Part shown: positions 22,082 through 34,076 of the stretch, one piece after another
How the letters are laid out: every line of letters starts with the position of its first letter
How positions within the stretch are numbered: position 1 is the first letter of the stretch
Assembly: GCA_963796685.1 (NCBI GenBank)
Contig: CAWCMR010000008.1
Span: 1-64,000, forward strand
Source of the DNA: an uncultured delta proteobacterium
GTDB taxonomy: Bacteria; Myxococcota_A; Polyangia; Fen-1088
DNA length: 64,000 bases
Direction of reading: 5' to 3'
Notes under the pieces: model-generated
What the model was told of the DNA's origin: nothing
The model's database searches: none
Seen by the model: the letters and a program-made list of their open reading frames with translations, nothing else
Position numbers and translations under genes: made by a program

Positions 22082-22169
22082 GAAACAAGTCCTATCCGAC
22101 GATGCACCCGGCCGTGAGCGCGTACCGAACGCTTCGTTGTCTTTTGTTTGGATCCCATGGTGTCTGCGG

Positions 22170-22241
22170 AGCTGGAGATGGGAATCGAACCCGCAACCTG
22201 CTGATTACAAATCAGCTGCTCTGCCATTGAGCTACTCCAGC
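22170..22241 (-). tRNA. tRNA-Thr (TGT)
   Basis: GCTGGAGTAGCTCAATGGCAGAGCAGCTGATTTGTAATCAGC...GTTCGATTCCCATCTCCAGCT. Confidence 0.96.
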
Positions 22242-22333
22242 GCCGGGTTTTCATCAGATGTCCTGTGATTTCGCCTATTTAGTTAGTCTCTACCTGCGGG
22301 TGCAGCTGTCTCCTCCGCACGCAGAGGCGCGAA

Positions 22334-22362
22334 CGTATATGTCGGGATCGGGAGGCTGTCAA
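22334..22362 (-). promoter_or_regulatory. sigma70-type promoter of the tRNA-tuf operon
   Basis: Minus strand TTGACA-17 nt-TATACG followed by a GC-rich discriminator, about 90 nt upstream of tRNA-Thr. Confidence 0.7.
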
Positions 22363-22427
22363 GCAGAATCCAGGCCGAGAGCCCTTGAATCGCCTGCAGG
22401 CTATGCCACAACGCACTAACAAGGGTG

Positions 22428-23714
22428 CTAGAGGACGTGTCGACTCATAGGGTCATTGTCGCTCGGTGCCGAATCCTTGGGCGATTCCCCACCTCGAAAG
22501 GGAGCCTGCGGCACGGGTGGTGGAACGGCGGATGGCACTTGTGTCGGCGATGACGGGCTTCCAGTCGGGATGTCTTCGTCGGTACCGGGAAGCTTCGGAT
22601 CCAGCAACCTGAGCAGCTTGGCGTAGGCCAACCTACTCTTCTCGGCCCACTCGGTGGTGACGCCAAGGCGCTCGATCATGAGTAGGTTCTCGCGCTGCCA
22701 GCGCAGGGACTTTTCGAGCAGGATGCGAATCTTCTTGTGCAGCTCTTCCAGGTAGACCGTGCGCGCCTCGGCGTCCAGCTCGGGCGGCACGGGCACGCTC
22801 ATGAACGCGTCGAAGAGCTCTTCGTAGAGCGATCCGACCTGAAAGCCGGCGGCCGAAGCCCACGCGGGGTTGCCGAACTTGATGGTGTCGATGTAGGCGC
22901 GCTGGGCGGTCAGAAGCAAGTGCGCCTTCTCCTCCAGATCCTTGTCGAGCTGGGCTTCGGGAAGCCGCAAGGCGGCCTTGCGGAAGCGCAGATGGTAGAT
23001 CTGGCCCAGGTGGTACTGCGAGAATGCCAGGTAGAAGTCGGTCGATAGGCGTTCGTCGCTCTCGATCTTCTGGTTGTAGGTCATGGCCGCCCGGAAGGTC
23101 TTCTCCGCTGTGTCCAGATCGTTCAGGTTGAACTGGGCGAAGCCGCGGCGAGCGATGGCCTCGATGCGGTCGTCGGCGTTCAGATCCGTCCGCTCCAGGA
23201 GGCGCGCAAAGACCTCGGCGGACGCCGGCCAGTTGCTCTGCTCGGCGTAGCAGGCGCCGAGCTGGAACAGCGAATCCTTGGCGTCTGGATGATTCGGGTA
23301 TTTCTCGACCAGCTCCTTGAACGAATCGACGGCAGCGGCCCAGTCCTTCTTGTCGATGCGGGCGAGGCCGAGGTTGTAGAGCGCCGGCCGGGCATAGGGT
23401 GATTCAGGGAAGCTCTTGAGCAGCTTGCCGTACTCGCTCACCGCATCATCGAAGCGGCCGTCCGACAGGGCCTTCCCGGCGAGCTCGAACAGCTCCGGCG
23501 CGTCGTAGGCGTCGATGTGGAGGCCGCTGGCATCGGTGGTCGCCTCGATCTTGATGGGATCCATGTCGAGGTGAACCACCGGCTCTGCGCTGGGCTGGCC
23601 GGGTTTCTTCTGCTGGCCTGTGCTGGCACACGCGGCAAGGAAGCCGAGCCCAACCAGCGGCAGCCAGGGTTGTACTCGGATTGTTCGGATTGAATGTTGG
23701 TTGCTCTTTGTCAT
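22428..23714 (-). CDS. TPR-repeat lipoprotein (BamD/CpoB-like TPRs)
   Basis: Lipobox LAAC; repeated A..Y..LLKSFPESPY / ALYNLGLA / SLFQLGACY helices; Pro-rich tail. Confidence 0.8.
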   Translation of the reverse strand: MTKSNQHSIRTIRVQPWLPLVGLGFLAACASTGQQKKPGQPSAEPVVHLDMDPIKIEATTDASGLHIDAYDAPELFELAGKALSDGRFDDAVSEYGKLLKSFPESPYARPALYNLGLARIDKKDWAAAVDSFKELVEKYPNHPDAKDSLFQLGACYAEQSNWPASAEVFARLLERTDLNADDRIEAIARRGFAQFNLNDLDTAEKTFRAAMTYNQKIESDERLSTDFYLAFSQYHLGQIYHLRFRKAALRLPEAQLDKDLEEKAHLLLTAQRAYIDTIKFGNPAWASAAGFQVGSLYEELFDAFMSVPVPPELDAEARTVYLEELHKKIRILLEKSLRWQRENLLMIERLGVTTEWAEKSRLAYAKLLRLLDPKLPGTDEDIPTGSPSSPTQVPSAVPPPVPQAPFRGGESPKDSAPSDNDPMSRHVL

Positions 23715-23788
23715 GGTGCCCCCTGCCTTATGGACAACGCACCCGGCGACCGGGTTCCAGGCTATGTTGTCCCGAGGAGGAGTGAGGT

Positions 23789-24328
23789 TTGAAAGATAAC
23801 AGCCAAGCCGAGCCCGTGCCGCCCCGCCAGCTCTTTTCCGCCGCGGAAATCGCCGACCGGGTGGCCGCGCTGGGGCTGCAGATCGCCAGCACTCTTCCCG
23901 AGGGGACCCTTCACGTCGTCGGGATCCTGCGCGGCGCCTTCGTCTTCATGGCGGATCTGATACGCGCCATGGATCGAGACGTGCGCTGCGATTTTCTGGC
24001 CATGCGCAGCTACGGCTCGGCCACCGAAACCTCGGGCGTGGTCGAGATCACCCACGACTTGGGCATGCCCATCGCAGGCCAGCACGTACTTGTCGTGGAG
24101 GACATCGTCGACACCGGCCTTACGCTTCGCCATCTGCTCGATCTGCTGGAAACGCGGCGACCGGCCAGCCTGCACGTCTGCGCCCTGCTCAACAAGCCCT
24201 CCCGTCGCCGGACCCAGGTTCCCTTGCACTTCTACGGCTTCGAGATTTCGGATCTCTTCGTCGTGGGCTATGGACTCGACCACGATCAGCGGTACCGAAA
24301 CCTCCCCTACCTGGGCGTCATCGAATGA
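23789..24328 (+). CDS. hpt: Hypoxanthine phosphoribosyltransferase
   Basis: VGILRGAFVFMADL, VLVVEDIVDTGLTL (PRPP motif), FVVGYGLD..YRNLPY. Confidence 0.95.
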   Translation: MKDNSQAEPVPPRQLFSAAEIADRVAALGLQIASTLPEGTLHVVGILRGAFVFMADLIRAMDRDVRCDFLAMRSYGSATETSGVVEITHDLGMPIAGQHVLVVEDIVDTGLTLRHLLDLLETRRPASLHVCALLNKPSRRRTQVPLHFYGFEISDLFVVGYGLDHDQRYRNLPYLGVIE

Positions 24329-24344
24329 CCGGCGAAAGGACTCC

Positions 24345-25091
24345 ATGAGACGGGCCATCGTTCTCCAGCACCTCGATCGAGAAGGACCCGGAACTATCGC
24401 CGACCTTTGCCAGCAACATGGCCTGGAGACCGACATCGTGCGCCTCGATTTGGGAGCATCCGTGCCCGTCGCCATGGAGAACGGCGACATCTTGATCGTG
24501 ATGGGCGGATCGATGGGCGTCGCGGACGCGCAGGATCCACGCTACCCGTTTCTTGCTCGCGAAGTCGCGTTGTTGCGCCGGGTGCTCGCGCAGAAGCAGC
24601 CGGTCCTGGGCGTGTGCCTCGGAGCCCAGCTCCTGGCCCACGCGGCCGGCAGCCGTGTGTATCCGAACCAACGGCCGGGCTCGAACGGGGTATTGCGGCC
24701 CCTCCGCGAGGTGGGATTCGGCGAAGTCAGGCTGCTTGGCTCCGGCGGCGAGCCCGCGCTGGCGGGTCTGCCCGAGACCCTTCCGGTTCTCCACTGGCAC
24801 GGCGACACCTTCGACCTGCCCGCCACCGCCGTGCGCCTAGCGGAGAGCGACGCGTGCCGAAATCAGGCCTTCCGCATCGGTTCCCACGCCTTCGGCCTGC
24901 AGTTTCACGTGGAAACCGACGCGGCCCTGGTGCGCGAGTGGGCAGAGAACGACTCGGATTTCGTACGAAGTGCGCTCGGACCCGATGGCCCGGCGCAGAT
25001 CGTCGCCCTGTGCGAAGAAGCCTCGCGAGCGATCGGCGTGACGGGCGAGCGCCTGGTCAGGAACATCCTGGGCCAGATGCTCGCGGCGTAG
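24345..25091 (+). CDS. Class I glutamine amidotransferase-like protein
   Basis: ATG 24345; LGVCLGAQL nucleophile Cys, HWHGDTFDLP, GLQFHVE. Confidence 0.88.
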   Translation: MRRAIVLQHLDREGPGTIADLCQQHGLETDIVRLDLGASVPVAMENGDILIVMGGSMGVADAQDPRYPFLAREVALLRRVLAQKQPVLGVCLGAQLLAHAAGSRVYPNQRPGSNGVLRPLREVGFGEVRLLGSGGEPALAGLPETLPVLHWHGDTFDLPATAVRLAESDACRNQAFRIGSHAFGLQFHVETDAALVREWAENDSDFVRSALGPDGPAQIVALCEEASRAIGVTGERLVRNILGQMLAA

Positions 25092-25163
25092 GGGCGGGTT
25101 TCAAGCGTTTCAGACCTGCCCTGCCCGCCCGCCCCCATCGAACATTCGCCTCGGGCGTCACGG

Positions 25164-25192
25164 GGTAACACTTCTATCCGCCATCGGTGTTC
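25164..25192 (+). promoter_or_regulatory. Candidate ECF-type autoregulatory promoter
   Basis: GGTAACA...GTGTTC spaced like ECF -35 (AAC)/-10 elements, just upstream of the AGGAG RBS of the ECF gene. Confidence 0.4.
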
Positions 25193-25210
25193 TGCTAGGA
25201 GAGTGACCGC

Positions 25211-25702
25211 ATGGCGGTGGACATCGAAAGCTTCTACAGGAGCTACGGACCCTTGGTCCTGCGCCGATGTCGCCATCTCTTGCGGGACGAAGCAAAGGCG
25301 GTGGATGCCATGCACGATGTATTCGTTGAAATTCTGCGACGCAAAGATTCCCTGGATGCGAGCTCGCCGGCGGGGCTGCTGCTGACCACGGCGACCCACG
25401 TCTGCCTCAACCGCATCCGCGGCGAGCGGCGCAAACCCGAGGATCGCGACGACGAGATGCTCTTCCACATCGCCGCCCTCGATAGCCACGGCAATGCCGA
25501 GAGCCGCACCCTGGCCGGACGCATTCTCGACCGACTGTTCGCTGGTCAGCCCGAGTCCACCCGCCTCATCGCGGTCCTTCACTACGTCGACCGGCTGACC
25601 CTCGAAGAGGTGGCTGGCGAGGTCGGCATGTCCGTGTCCGGGGTGCGCAAGCGCTTGCGCGCCTTGAAAGAACGGTTGCCAGCGGTGAAGGGAGAGGCCT
25701 GA
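25211..25702 (+). CDS. ECF RNA polymerase sigma factor
   Basis: Region 2 YGPLVLRRCRHLLRDEAKAVDAMHDVF; region 4 LTLEEVAGEVGMSVSGVRKRL; 163 aa. Confidence 0.9.
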   Translation: MAVDIESFYRSYGPLVLRRCRHLLRDEAKAVDAMHDVFVEILRRKDSLDASSPAGLLLTTATHVCLNRIRGERRKPEDRDDEMLFHIAALDSHGNAESRTLAGRILDRLFAGQPESTRLIAVLHYVDRLTLEEVAGEVGMSVSGVRKRLRALKERLPAVKGEA

Positions 25703-26474
25703 TGGCCCAGCACGAACGCGTCCCCGACTGGCTGCTCGAACGCCTGGCGGCGGGCGAGCTGCCAGCCGACCAAGCCGCCGGGTTGCTGCGGCGCTTGAAG
25801 ACGCGGGGCGAAGAACACCGTCTGACCGAGCTTGCAGATTCGAGCGCCAAGATACTCGCCTCGCTGCCACCCGACAGGATCGTTCCTGAAATCGAGCGGC
25901 GCTGCAAGGCCGAGGTTCGCGTCAGACCCGCCGCCCCCCATCGTCTGCGGCCCGCGTGGGCCCTGTCCACCGTCGCGGCGTGCGCCGCCGGGTTGGCCTT
26001 CGTCCTGGTCGTTCGTAACCATGGGGTCCACACGCGGCCAGCACCCGACGAATCTCAACCCGAGATCATCACCCTCAAGGGCGACTTGAAACCCGCACTG
26101 CGCATCTACCGCAAGACCGCCTCCGGTGCCGAGATCCTGCACGCGCAAGCCTCGGTCCACCGGGGCGACACCTTGCAGCTCCGCTACGTGGCCGCGGGCA
26201 GGCGTTTCGGGGTCATCGCGTCCGTCGATGCCCGGGGCCAAGTCACCTTTCACCTGCCCGAATCGCCGGGTGTGGCCACCTCCCTCGAACGCGATGGCGA
26301 GCGCGCCCTGCCCCACGCCTACGAGCTCGACGACTCGCCGGGATTCGAGCGCTTTCTATTCGTCACCTCGAACGCCCCCTTCACGACCACCGAAGTGGCC
26401 CAGGCCTTGAAGAGCGGCACTTCCCTACCCGCGTCCCTCACCACGTTCGAACTGACTTTGAAGAAGGAAGCCCC

Positions 26475-26478
<4 letters not shown>
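25702..26478 (+). CDS. Putative anti-sigma factor (ActD-like): cytoplasmic N-terminus, single TM, extracytoplasmic DUF4384-like beta domain
   Basis: Coupled to the sigma gene (TGATG); VPDWLLERLAAGEL, TM AWALSTVAACAAGLAFVLVV, GDTLQLRY...ELDDSPGFERF. Confidence 0.75.
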
Positions 26479-28850
<2,372 letters not shown>

Positions 28851-29236
28851 CCCCGCCCGACAGTTTCCTGGCCAAAGGCAGATCGGCCGGCGGCATGGCC
28901 ATGTCGGCCAATCGCTGGCGCGGCACCCACACGATGGCTTCCACCTCGACGGCGCGTGGGCTGCCGGCGAGGATCTTCGCCCGATAGACGGGCATGATCA
29001 GATCGAAGTCGGGATATGCGTGATACACGAGATCGAGGATCTCGCCGACCCCAATGGTGCAGCCAAGCTCCTCGCGGATCTCGCGCACCAGCGCCGCGCC
29101 AAGCTCTTCGCCGGCCTCGACCTTTCCGCCGGGGAATTCCCAGCAGAGCCCGAACGACTGATCGGCCCGCCGCTGGGACAGCAGCACCCGTCCACGCCGC
29201 TCGATGTAGGCGGCCACGACCAGCAACCGACGACGC

Positions 29237-31225
29237 TCAGGCTCGCGTTTCGCTGGCACCGACACGAGCCTCGATGAGCTCCAAGAGCTCGCGCAACTGG
29301 AAGGGTTTGTTGATGCAGGCGATGTTCGGGTCTTCCAGAAAACGCCGGGCCTCCGCCGAGAATGCCCCGCCGGTGATGAAGATGAATCGCTCGGCCAGCG
29401 CCGGCCACTGCTGCTTGACCGCGGTGTAGAGCTCGACCCCGGACATGTCCGGCATCTGCAGGTCGCAGAGCACGACGTCGAATTGGCGATCCTGCCCGAA
29501 GCAGCGCAAGGCCTCGCGCGCGCCCAGCTTGGTTTCGATGTCGTGATGGGACACCAGCATACGCTGGAAGGCCTTGAGCAAGAGCGCCTCGTCGTCGATG
29601 GCCAGCACGCGCCGACGCTGGATGGCCTTGAGCGAAGACACGCTGCGGGTCCTGGCCTGCGGAACCCCGACGGCCGCGGGCAGACGCACGCGGAAGATGG
29701 CCCCGCGCCCGGGCTCGCTTTCCGCCACCAGATCGCCCCCCGCGCGGCGGACGATATCCAGCGAGATGGGCAAACCAAGCCCCGTGCCCAGCTCGGGCGG
29801 CTTGGTCGTGAAGAAGGATTCGAAAATGCGCGGCATGATCTCCGTGGCGATGCCCGGACCGTTGTCCTCGATCTCCACGATGACGTGCCCGCCTTCGTCG
29901 CGGCTGCGTACGTATAGGCGGTTGCGCCGCGGGTGGAGCTCGGCCAGGGCGTGCGCGGCGTTGAGCAGAAGATTCAGGAACACCTGGCCGAGGCGGGCGG
30001 GGCTGGCACGCACGAGCTGGGTCGAGCGCAAGCTCCGCTCGACGGTGGCCCGGTAGCGCAGCTCGCTGCGCAGCATGGTCAGCGCCGAGTCGACCGCGGC
30101 GTTCACGTCGGAGAGGGCGTTGGCATCGTCGTCGATGCGCGAGAACGAGTGCAGGTCGCGCGCGATGCGATGGATGCGCGCCATGCCTTCCTTCGACTCC
30201 TGCACCACCGTCATGGCATCGAAGAGCAGGTTGGCGAGGTCGCTCTTGCCGGCCAGGGCATTCTCGGCGCGCAGCGATTCATCCACCTTGCGCAGGATCC
30301 CGGCTAGAGAATCGACGTTGGCCAAGACGAACGACGCCGGGTTGTTGATTTCATGGGCCACACCGGCCGCCAACATGCCGATGGCGGCGAGCTTCTCCGA
30401 CTGCAATCGGCGCAGCTCGCGATCGCGCTCCTCGGTCACGTCGCGCACGTAGACCAGCGCCCTGCCACCCGCGGCGGGATTGGCGCGGACATCGAGCTGC
30501 CTCCCCTTCCACACCAGGGTACGACTGTGGACGGCGTTCTGCTGCTTGGCCTCGCGGGCGATCTCGGCCATGGCGTCGAAGAAGGTCCTGCCCGCCCCGC
30601 CGTCCTGGTTGTCGCCGCTTGCCCGCGGCGGGGCTGGCGGCTGGTCGAGCAGGCGTCGTCCCGCCGTGTTCTCGATCAGCACCTCGCCATCGGCATCGAA
30701 CAGGAGCAGGCCGTCTTGGAAGACATCGAAGGTCTCGCGAAGCGCGTCGCGTTCGATACGCAACTCGCCTGCCAGCGCTTCGAGCTGCTGCGTGCGCTCG
30801 ACGACCTTCTCGGCAAGCTCGTGGTTGTGGCGATGGACTTCGTCGGCGTGCGCTTTGGTTCGCAGCAACGCATCGATGCGTGCCAGGATCTCGATGCCGT
30901 CGATGGGCTGCACGATGAAATCGGAGGCGCCGCTCTCGAGCCCACGTTTGCGGTTCTCGGCTTGTCGATCCGGGCGGGCGAGCAGAATGACCGGCAACCC
31001 ACCCGTGCGCACGTCGGCCTGCACGCGACGGCAGACCTCGAAGCCATCCATCTCGGGCAAATCGGCATGGATCAAGGCCAGGTCGTACGTGCCCTTGGCA
31101 GCCTCGCGCAAGGCCTGATCGGGCCGCGCCACCGCGACCACCTCGAAGTTGCTCTGCGAACGCACGGCCGCAGCCACCGTCGACTGCTCTTCGCTGTTTC
31201 GTGCGACGAGCAGAATGCGAGCCAT
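29237..31225 (-). CDS. Hybrid sensor kinase: pseudo-REC, PAS-like, HisKA, HATPase, REC
   Basis: H-box AGVAHEINNP, N-box NLLLNA, DNGPG, FFTTK..GTGLGL; C-terminal REC intact (IDDE, CDLQMP, INKP); N-terminal REC degenerate. Confidence 0.92.
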   Translation of the reverse strand: MARILLVARNSEEQSTVAAAVRSQSNFEVVAVARPDQALREAAKGTYDLALIHADLPEMDGFEVCRRVQADVRTGGLPVILLARPDRQAENRKRGLESGASDFIVQPIDGIEILARIDALLRTKAHADEVHRHNHELAEKVVERTQQLEALAGELRIERDALRETFDVFQDGLLLFDADGEVLIENTAGRRLLDQPPAPPRASGDNQDGGAGRTFFDAMAEIAREAKQQNAVHSRTLVWKGRQLDVRANPAAGGRALVYVRDVTEERDRELRRLQSEKLAAIGMLAAGVAHEINNPASFVLANVDSLAGILRKVDESLRAENALAGKSDLANLLFDAMTVVQESKEGMARIHRIARDLHSFSRIDDDANALSDVNAAVDSALTMLRSELRYRATVERSLRSTQLVRASPARLGQVFLNLLLNAAHALAELHPRRNRLYVRSRDEGGHVIVEIEDNGPGIATEIMPRIFESFFTTKPPELGTGLGLPISLDIVRRAGGDLVAESEPGRGAIFRVRLPAAVGVPQARTRSVSSLKAIQRRRVLAIDDEALLLKAFQRMLVSHHDIETKLGAREALRCFGQDRQFDVVLCDLQMPDMSGVELYTAVKQQWPALAERFIFITGGAFSAEARRFLEDPNIACINKPFQLRELLELIEARVGASETRA

Positions 31226-31240
31226 TGCCGAGCTCGCCGG

Positions 31241-32036
31241 TTAGGCCGTACCCAGACGTGTTTGGCCGGCAACCTCGGGCAAACGCGGGACCGTGAAGCT
31301 GAACTTCGACCCAGCCCCGACCGTGCTCGTGGCCCACAGATCGCCACCCATGCGAATGATCAGGCGCCGGCTCAAGGTCAAACCCAGGCCGCAACCGCGC
31401 CCGTCTCGCCCTTGCTCGACCTCGCCCTGAAAGAAGTCCTCGAACAAGTGGGGCAGACTGCGCCCCAGGAATGCCAATCCCGGTATCGACCACATGGATC
31501 GCCACGGATCGGTCGTAAAGCTCGGTCGAGATGGTCACCTGGCCTCGCTCGGTGAACTTGATGGCGTTCGCGACCAGGTCGGACAGGACCTGCGAGAGGC
31601 GGGCCGGATCCGCCAAGACCTGCGGCAGGGCTCGCACCGGCGGCTCGACCACGAGACCGAGTCCCTTGGCGCGCGCGGCGGCTTTCTGCCCTCTCGCCAC
31701 CTGCTGGATGATCTCGTCGAGGTTGAGCGTCTTGGGCTTGAGCGCCAGCTCGCCGCCTTCGAGCCGCAGGAGATCGATATAGTCCCGCAGGCGCCGCGCG
31801 CTTACCGCCGCGTTTCCCGCGAGGACCTCGATGGACTTGCGCTGCTCCTGCGAGAGCTTTCCGCCCGAACCGTCGAGCAGGCGCTGGTAGGTCGCGATCG
31901 ATTCATCGAGAGGCCCCGCCACTTCGTCGACAAGCCGATTGAGGATGAGCGAAATCTTGGACCCGCCCTCCGGATACGCGACCTGCTCTTGGGTTCTTCG
32001 AAGCCGCTTTGAAAGTGTCATGGATTCGTTGCTCAT
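31241..32036 (-). CDS. Sensorless histidine-kinase-like protein lacking the phospho-His (apparent frameshift near 31460)
   Basis: H-box position reads VDEVAGPL; DLVANAIKFT, VVDTGIGIP, GCGLGLTL ATP-binding boxes intact. Confidence 0.85.
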
Positions 32037-32177
32037 GGTTCCCGTCTCGACTGCCATTATCTTTCGACCGCAGGCATTCTTTCAACAGCGAACGACGTGA
32101 CAATGAGAATTTCGCTGCGCTTGACGTACATTGGCACACAAGCACAGAATGCGACGGCTCGGTGTATAGTCCTTCCG

Positions 32178-33015
32178 ATGTACTCGGTTCGAGAGGTGAG
32201 CGCGGTACTCGGGATCAGCATCTCGCGCCTGCGGTCTTACCTGCGCTCTGGGATGGTGGTCCCCAGCCGCGACGAGCGTGGTCAGCTTCGACTGTCCTTC
32301 CAGGATCTGGTGTTTTTGCGCAGGGCCGAGGGACTGGTCGCGCAGCGGATTCCAGCGCGCCGGGTTCATACCGCACTGCGAGCGCTGGCTGAGCGCATGC
32401 CCGATGGGCTCATCGCCGCCGAGCTGCGTCTGCTCGGCGAAGGCCAGGACGTCGTCGTCGAGGACGACGGCAAGCGATGGCATGCGACCTCTGGCCAAAC
32501 CCTGTTCGATTTCGGCGCGCGAACCGCCACCGAAGAGGGGGGCAGTGTCACACCCCTGGTCCAGAAACGCGCTGCGCCACAGGGGCCAGCATCCCCCGCG
32601 GAGGCGGTCCGGGAGATTCTACGCGCGGGCCTGCGCTCTGGAAGAAACCGCCCCGGCAGAAGCCATGGCCGCTTATCGAGGCGTTCTTGCGCGCGATCCG
32701 GACTTCGTCGAAGCCCACGTGAACCTTGGCCGCCTTCTCCATGAGTCCGGCGACATCTACGCCGCCCTTGTCCACTACCGGGCGGCCCTGGCCATTCGGC
32801 CGAACGATGCCACGGCGGCCTTCAATGTCGGCGTGGCCCTCGAGGATCTCGGAGCCACCGTCGACGCCATCGCGGCCTATCGAAGATCCGTCGAAACGGA
32901 TGCACACAACCCCGACGCCCACTACAATCTTGCGCGCCTGCTAGAACAGGCAGGCAAGCCGGACCTCGCCGTCCGGCACCTGCTGCTCTACCGCCAGCTC
33001 GTGAAAAAACGATGA
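32178..33015 (+). CDS. MerR-type HTH + TPR protein (apparent frameshift near 32610)
   Basis: MYSVREVSAVLGISISRLRSY...LSFQDLVFLR; TPRs EAHVNLGRLLHE, AAFNVGVALED, DAHYNLARL. Confidence 0.8.
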
Positions 33016-33509
33016 AGAATGGTTCCGCCCCCGCGCAGGAAACAACCCTGCGCATCGACAGTGCCAGCGCCATGCAAAGGCTCGCGGCCCAGCTCGGTCG
33101 TGTGCTCGAGATCGGTGATGTCGTCGCCCTGACGGGACCGCTCGGGGCCGGCAAGACGACCTTCGTGCAGGGACTGGCAGAGGGCCTCGGCGTACCCGCC
33201 GAGCGGCACGTCGCAAGCCCCACCTTCGCGCTGGTCAACGAGCATCCCGGACGCATCGATCTCGTCCATGTGGATTTCTACCGCATCCGCAGCCCGGCCG
33301 AATTGCCCGAGCTCGGCATCGAGGAAGCCTACGACCGGGCCGCCACGGCCATCGAGTGGGCCGAGCGTTTTCCCGACTGGTTGCCCGACGACACGCTTCA
33401 TCTCTCGCTCGAGGTCGAAGAGAGCGGCGCGCGCATCATGCGCGTCCAAAGCAGCGGCCCTCGCAGTCAGGTCCTACTCGCCGTTCTGGCCGCCGCCAAA
33501 CGCACCTGA
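33012..33509 (+). CDS. tsaE: tRNA threonylcarbamoyladenosine biosynthesis ATPase TsaE
   Basis: LTGPLGAGKTTF, SPTFALVNE, HVDFYRI, IEWAE. Confidence 0.94.
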   Translation: MKNGSAPAQETTLRIDSASAMQRLAAQLGRVLEIGDVVALTGPLGAGKTTFVQGLAEGLGVPAERHVASPTFALVNEHPGRIDLVHVDFYRIRSPAELPELGIEEAYDRAATAIEWAERFPDWLPDDTLHLSLEVEESGARIMRVQSSGPRSQVLLAVLAAAKRT

Positions 33510-33519
33510 CGCGCGCGGT

Positions 33520-34020
33520 CTAGCGCGAGCCCGCGCGATGCAATTCCACGCGTTCGTTGCGCAGGCGTCCGCTGCGCGTGATGTTGGGTGCGATGGGATC
33601 CTCGGACCCGCGCCCGACAGCCAGCAATTGGTCGGAACCGACCCCCTTGCCCACCAGCAGGTATTTCACGGCTTCGGCGCGCCGCCTGGTCAAGGTCATG
33701 TCTTTCTTGGCATCGCCGCTGTCCGATGTATGGCACACTATTTCCAAGCGCGCGCCTGCCTCCTTCACCAGCGCCGCAGCCAGCTCTTCGAGAAAGGGCA
33801 TGGAGGCTTCGGCAACCTTGCTGGTCGCGCCCTCGAATTTGATTTCCTTCGCCCGTTCCAGAAGGTCGGTGACCGTGGGAGCCTGGGCGGCCAGCGCAAC
33901 CGGCTGGTCCGTGAGGCCCTCGGGAGCGAACAGCGCGGCATGGAGGTCTCCGGCGCTCGCAGATACCAAGGGTACCGTGGAAAAAAGAAGCAGGATTGGA
34001 AGAAGGAGGGGTCGTCGCAT
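33520..34020 (-). CDS. Secreted OmpA-family C-terminal domain protein
   Basis: Signal peptide from ATG 34020; IKFEG...LEIVCHTS...LTRRRAEAVK...GRGSEDPI...NERVE. Confidence 0.8.
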   Translation of the reverse strand: MRRPLLLPILLLFSTVPLVSASAGDLHAALFAPEGLTDQPVALAAQAPTVTDLLERAKEIKFEGATSKVAEASMPFLEELAAALVKEAGARLEIVCHTSDSGDAKKDMTLTRRRAEAVKYLLVGKGVGSDQLLAVGRGSEDPIAPNITRSGRLRNERVELHRAGSR

Positions 34021-34076
34021 GGGTCGAAAGGAAGGTGGTGGCCGGAAGGCAAAAGTATACACCGCATCTGGAACAA

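Noticed and set aside
32131-32152. TTGGCAC as a sigma54 promoter
   Set aside because: No GC at the required -12 spacing
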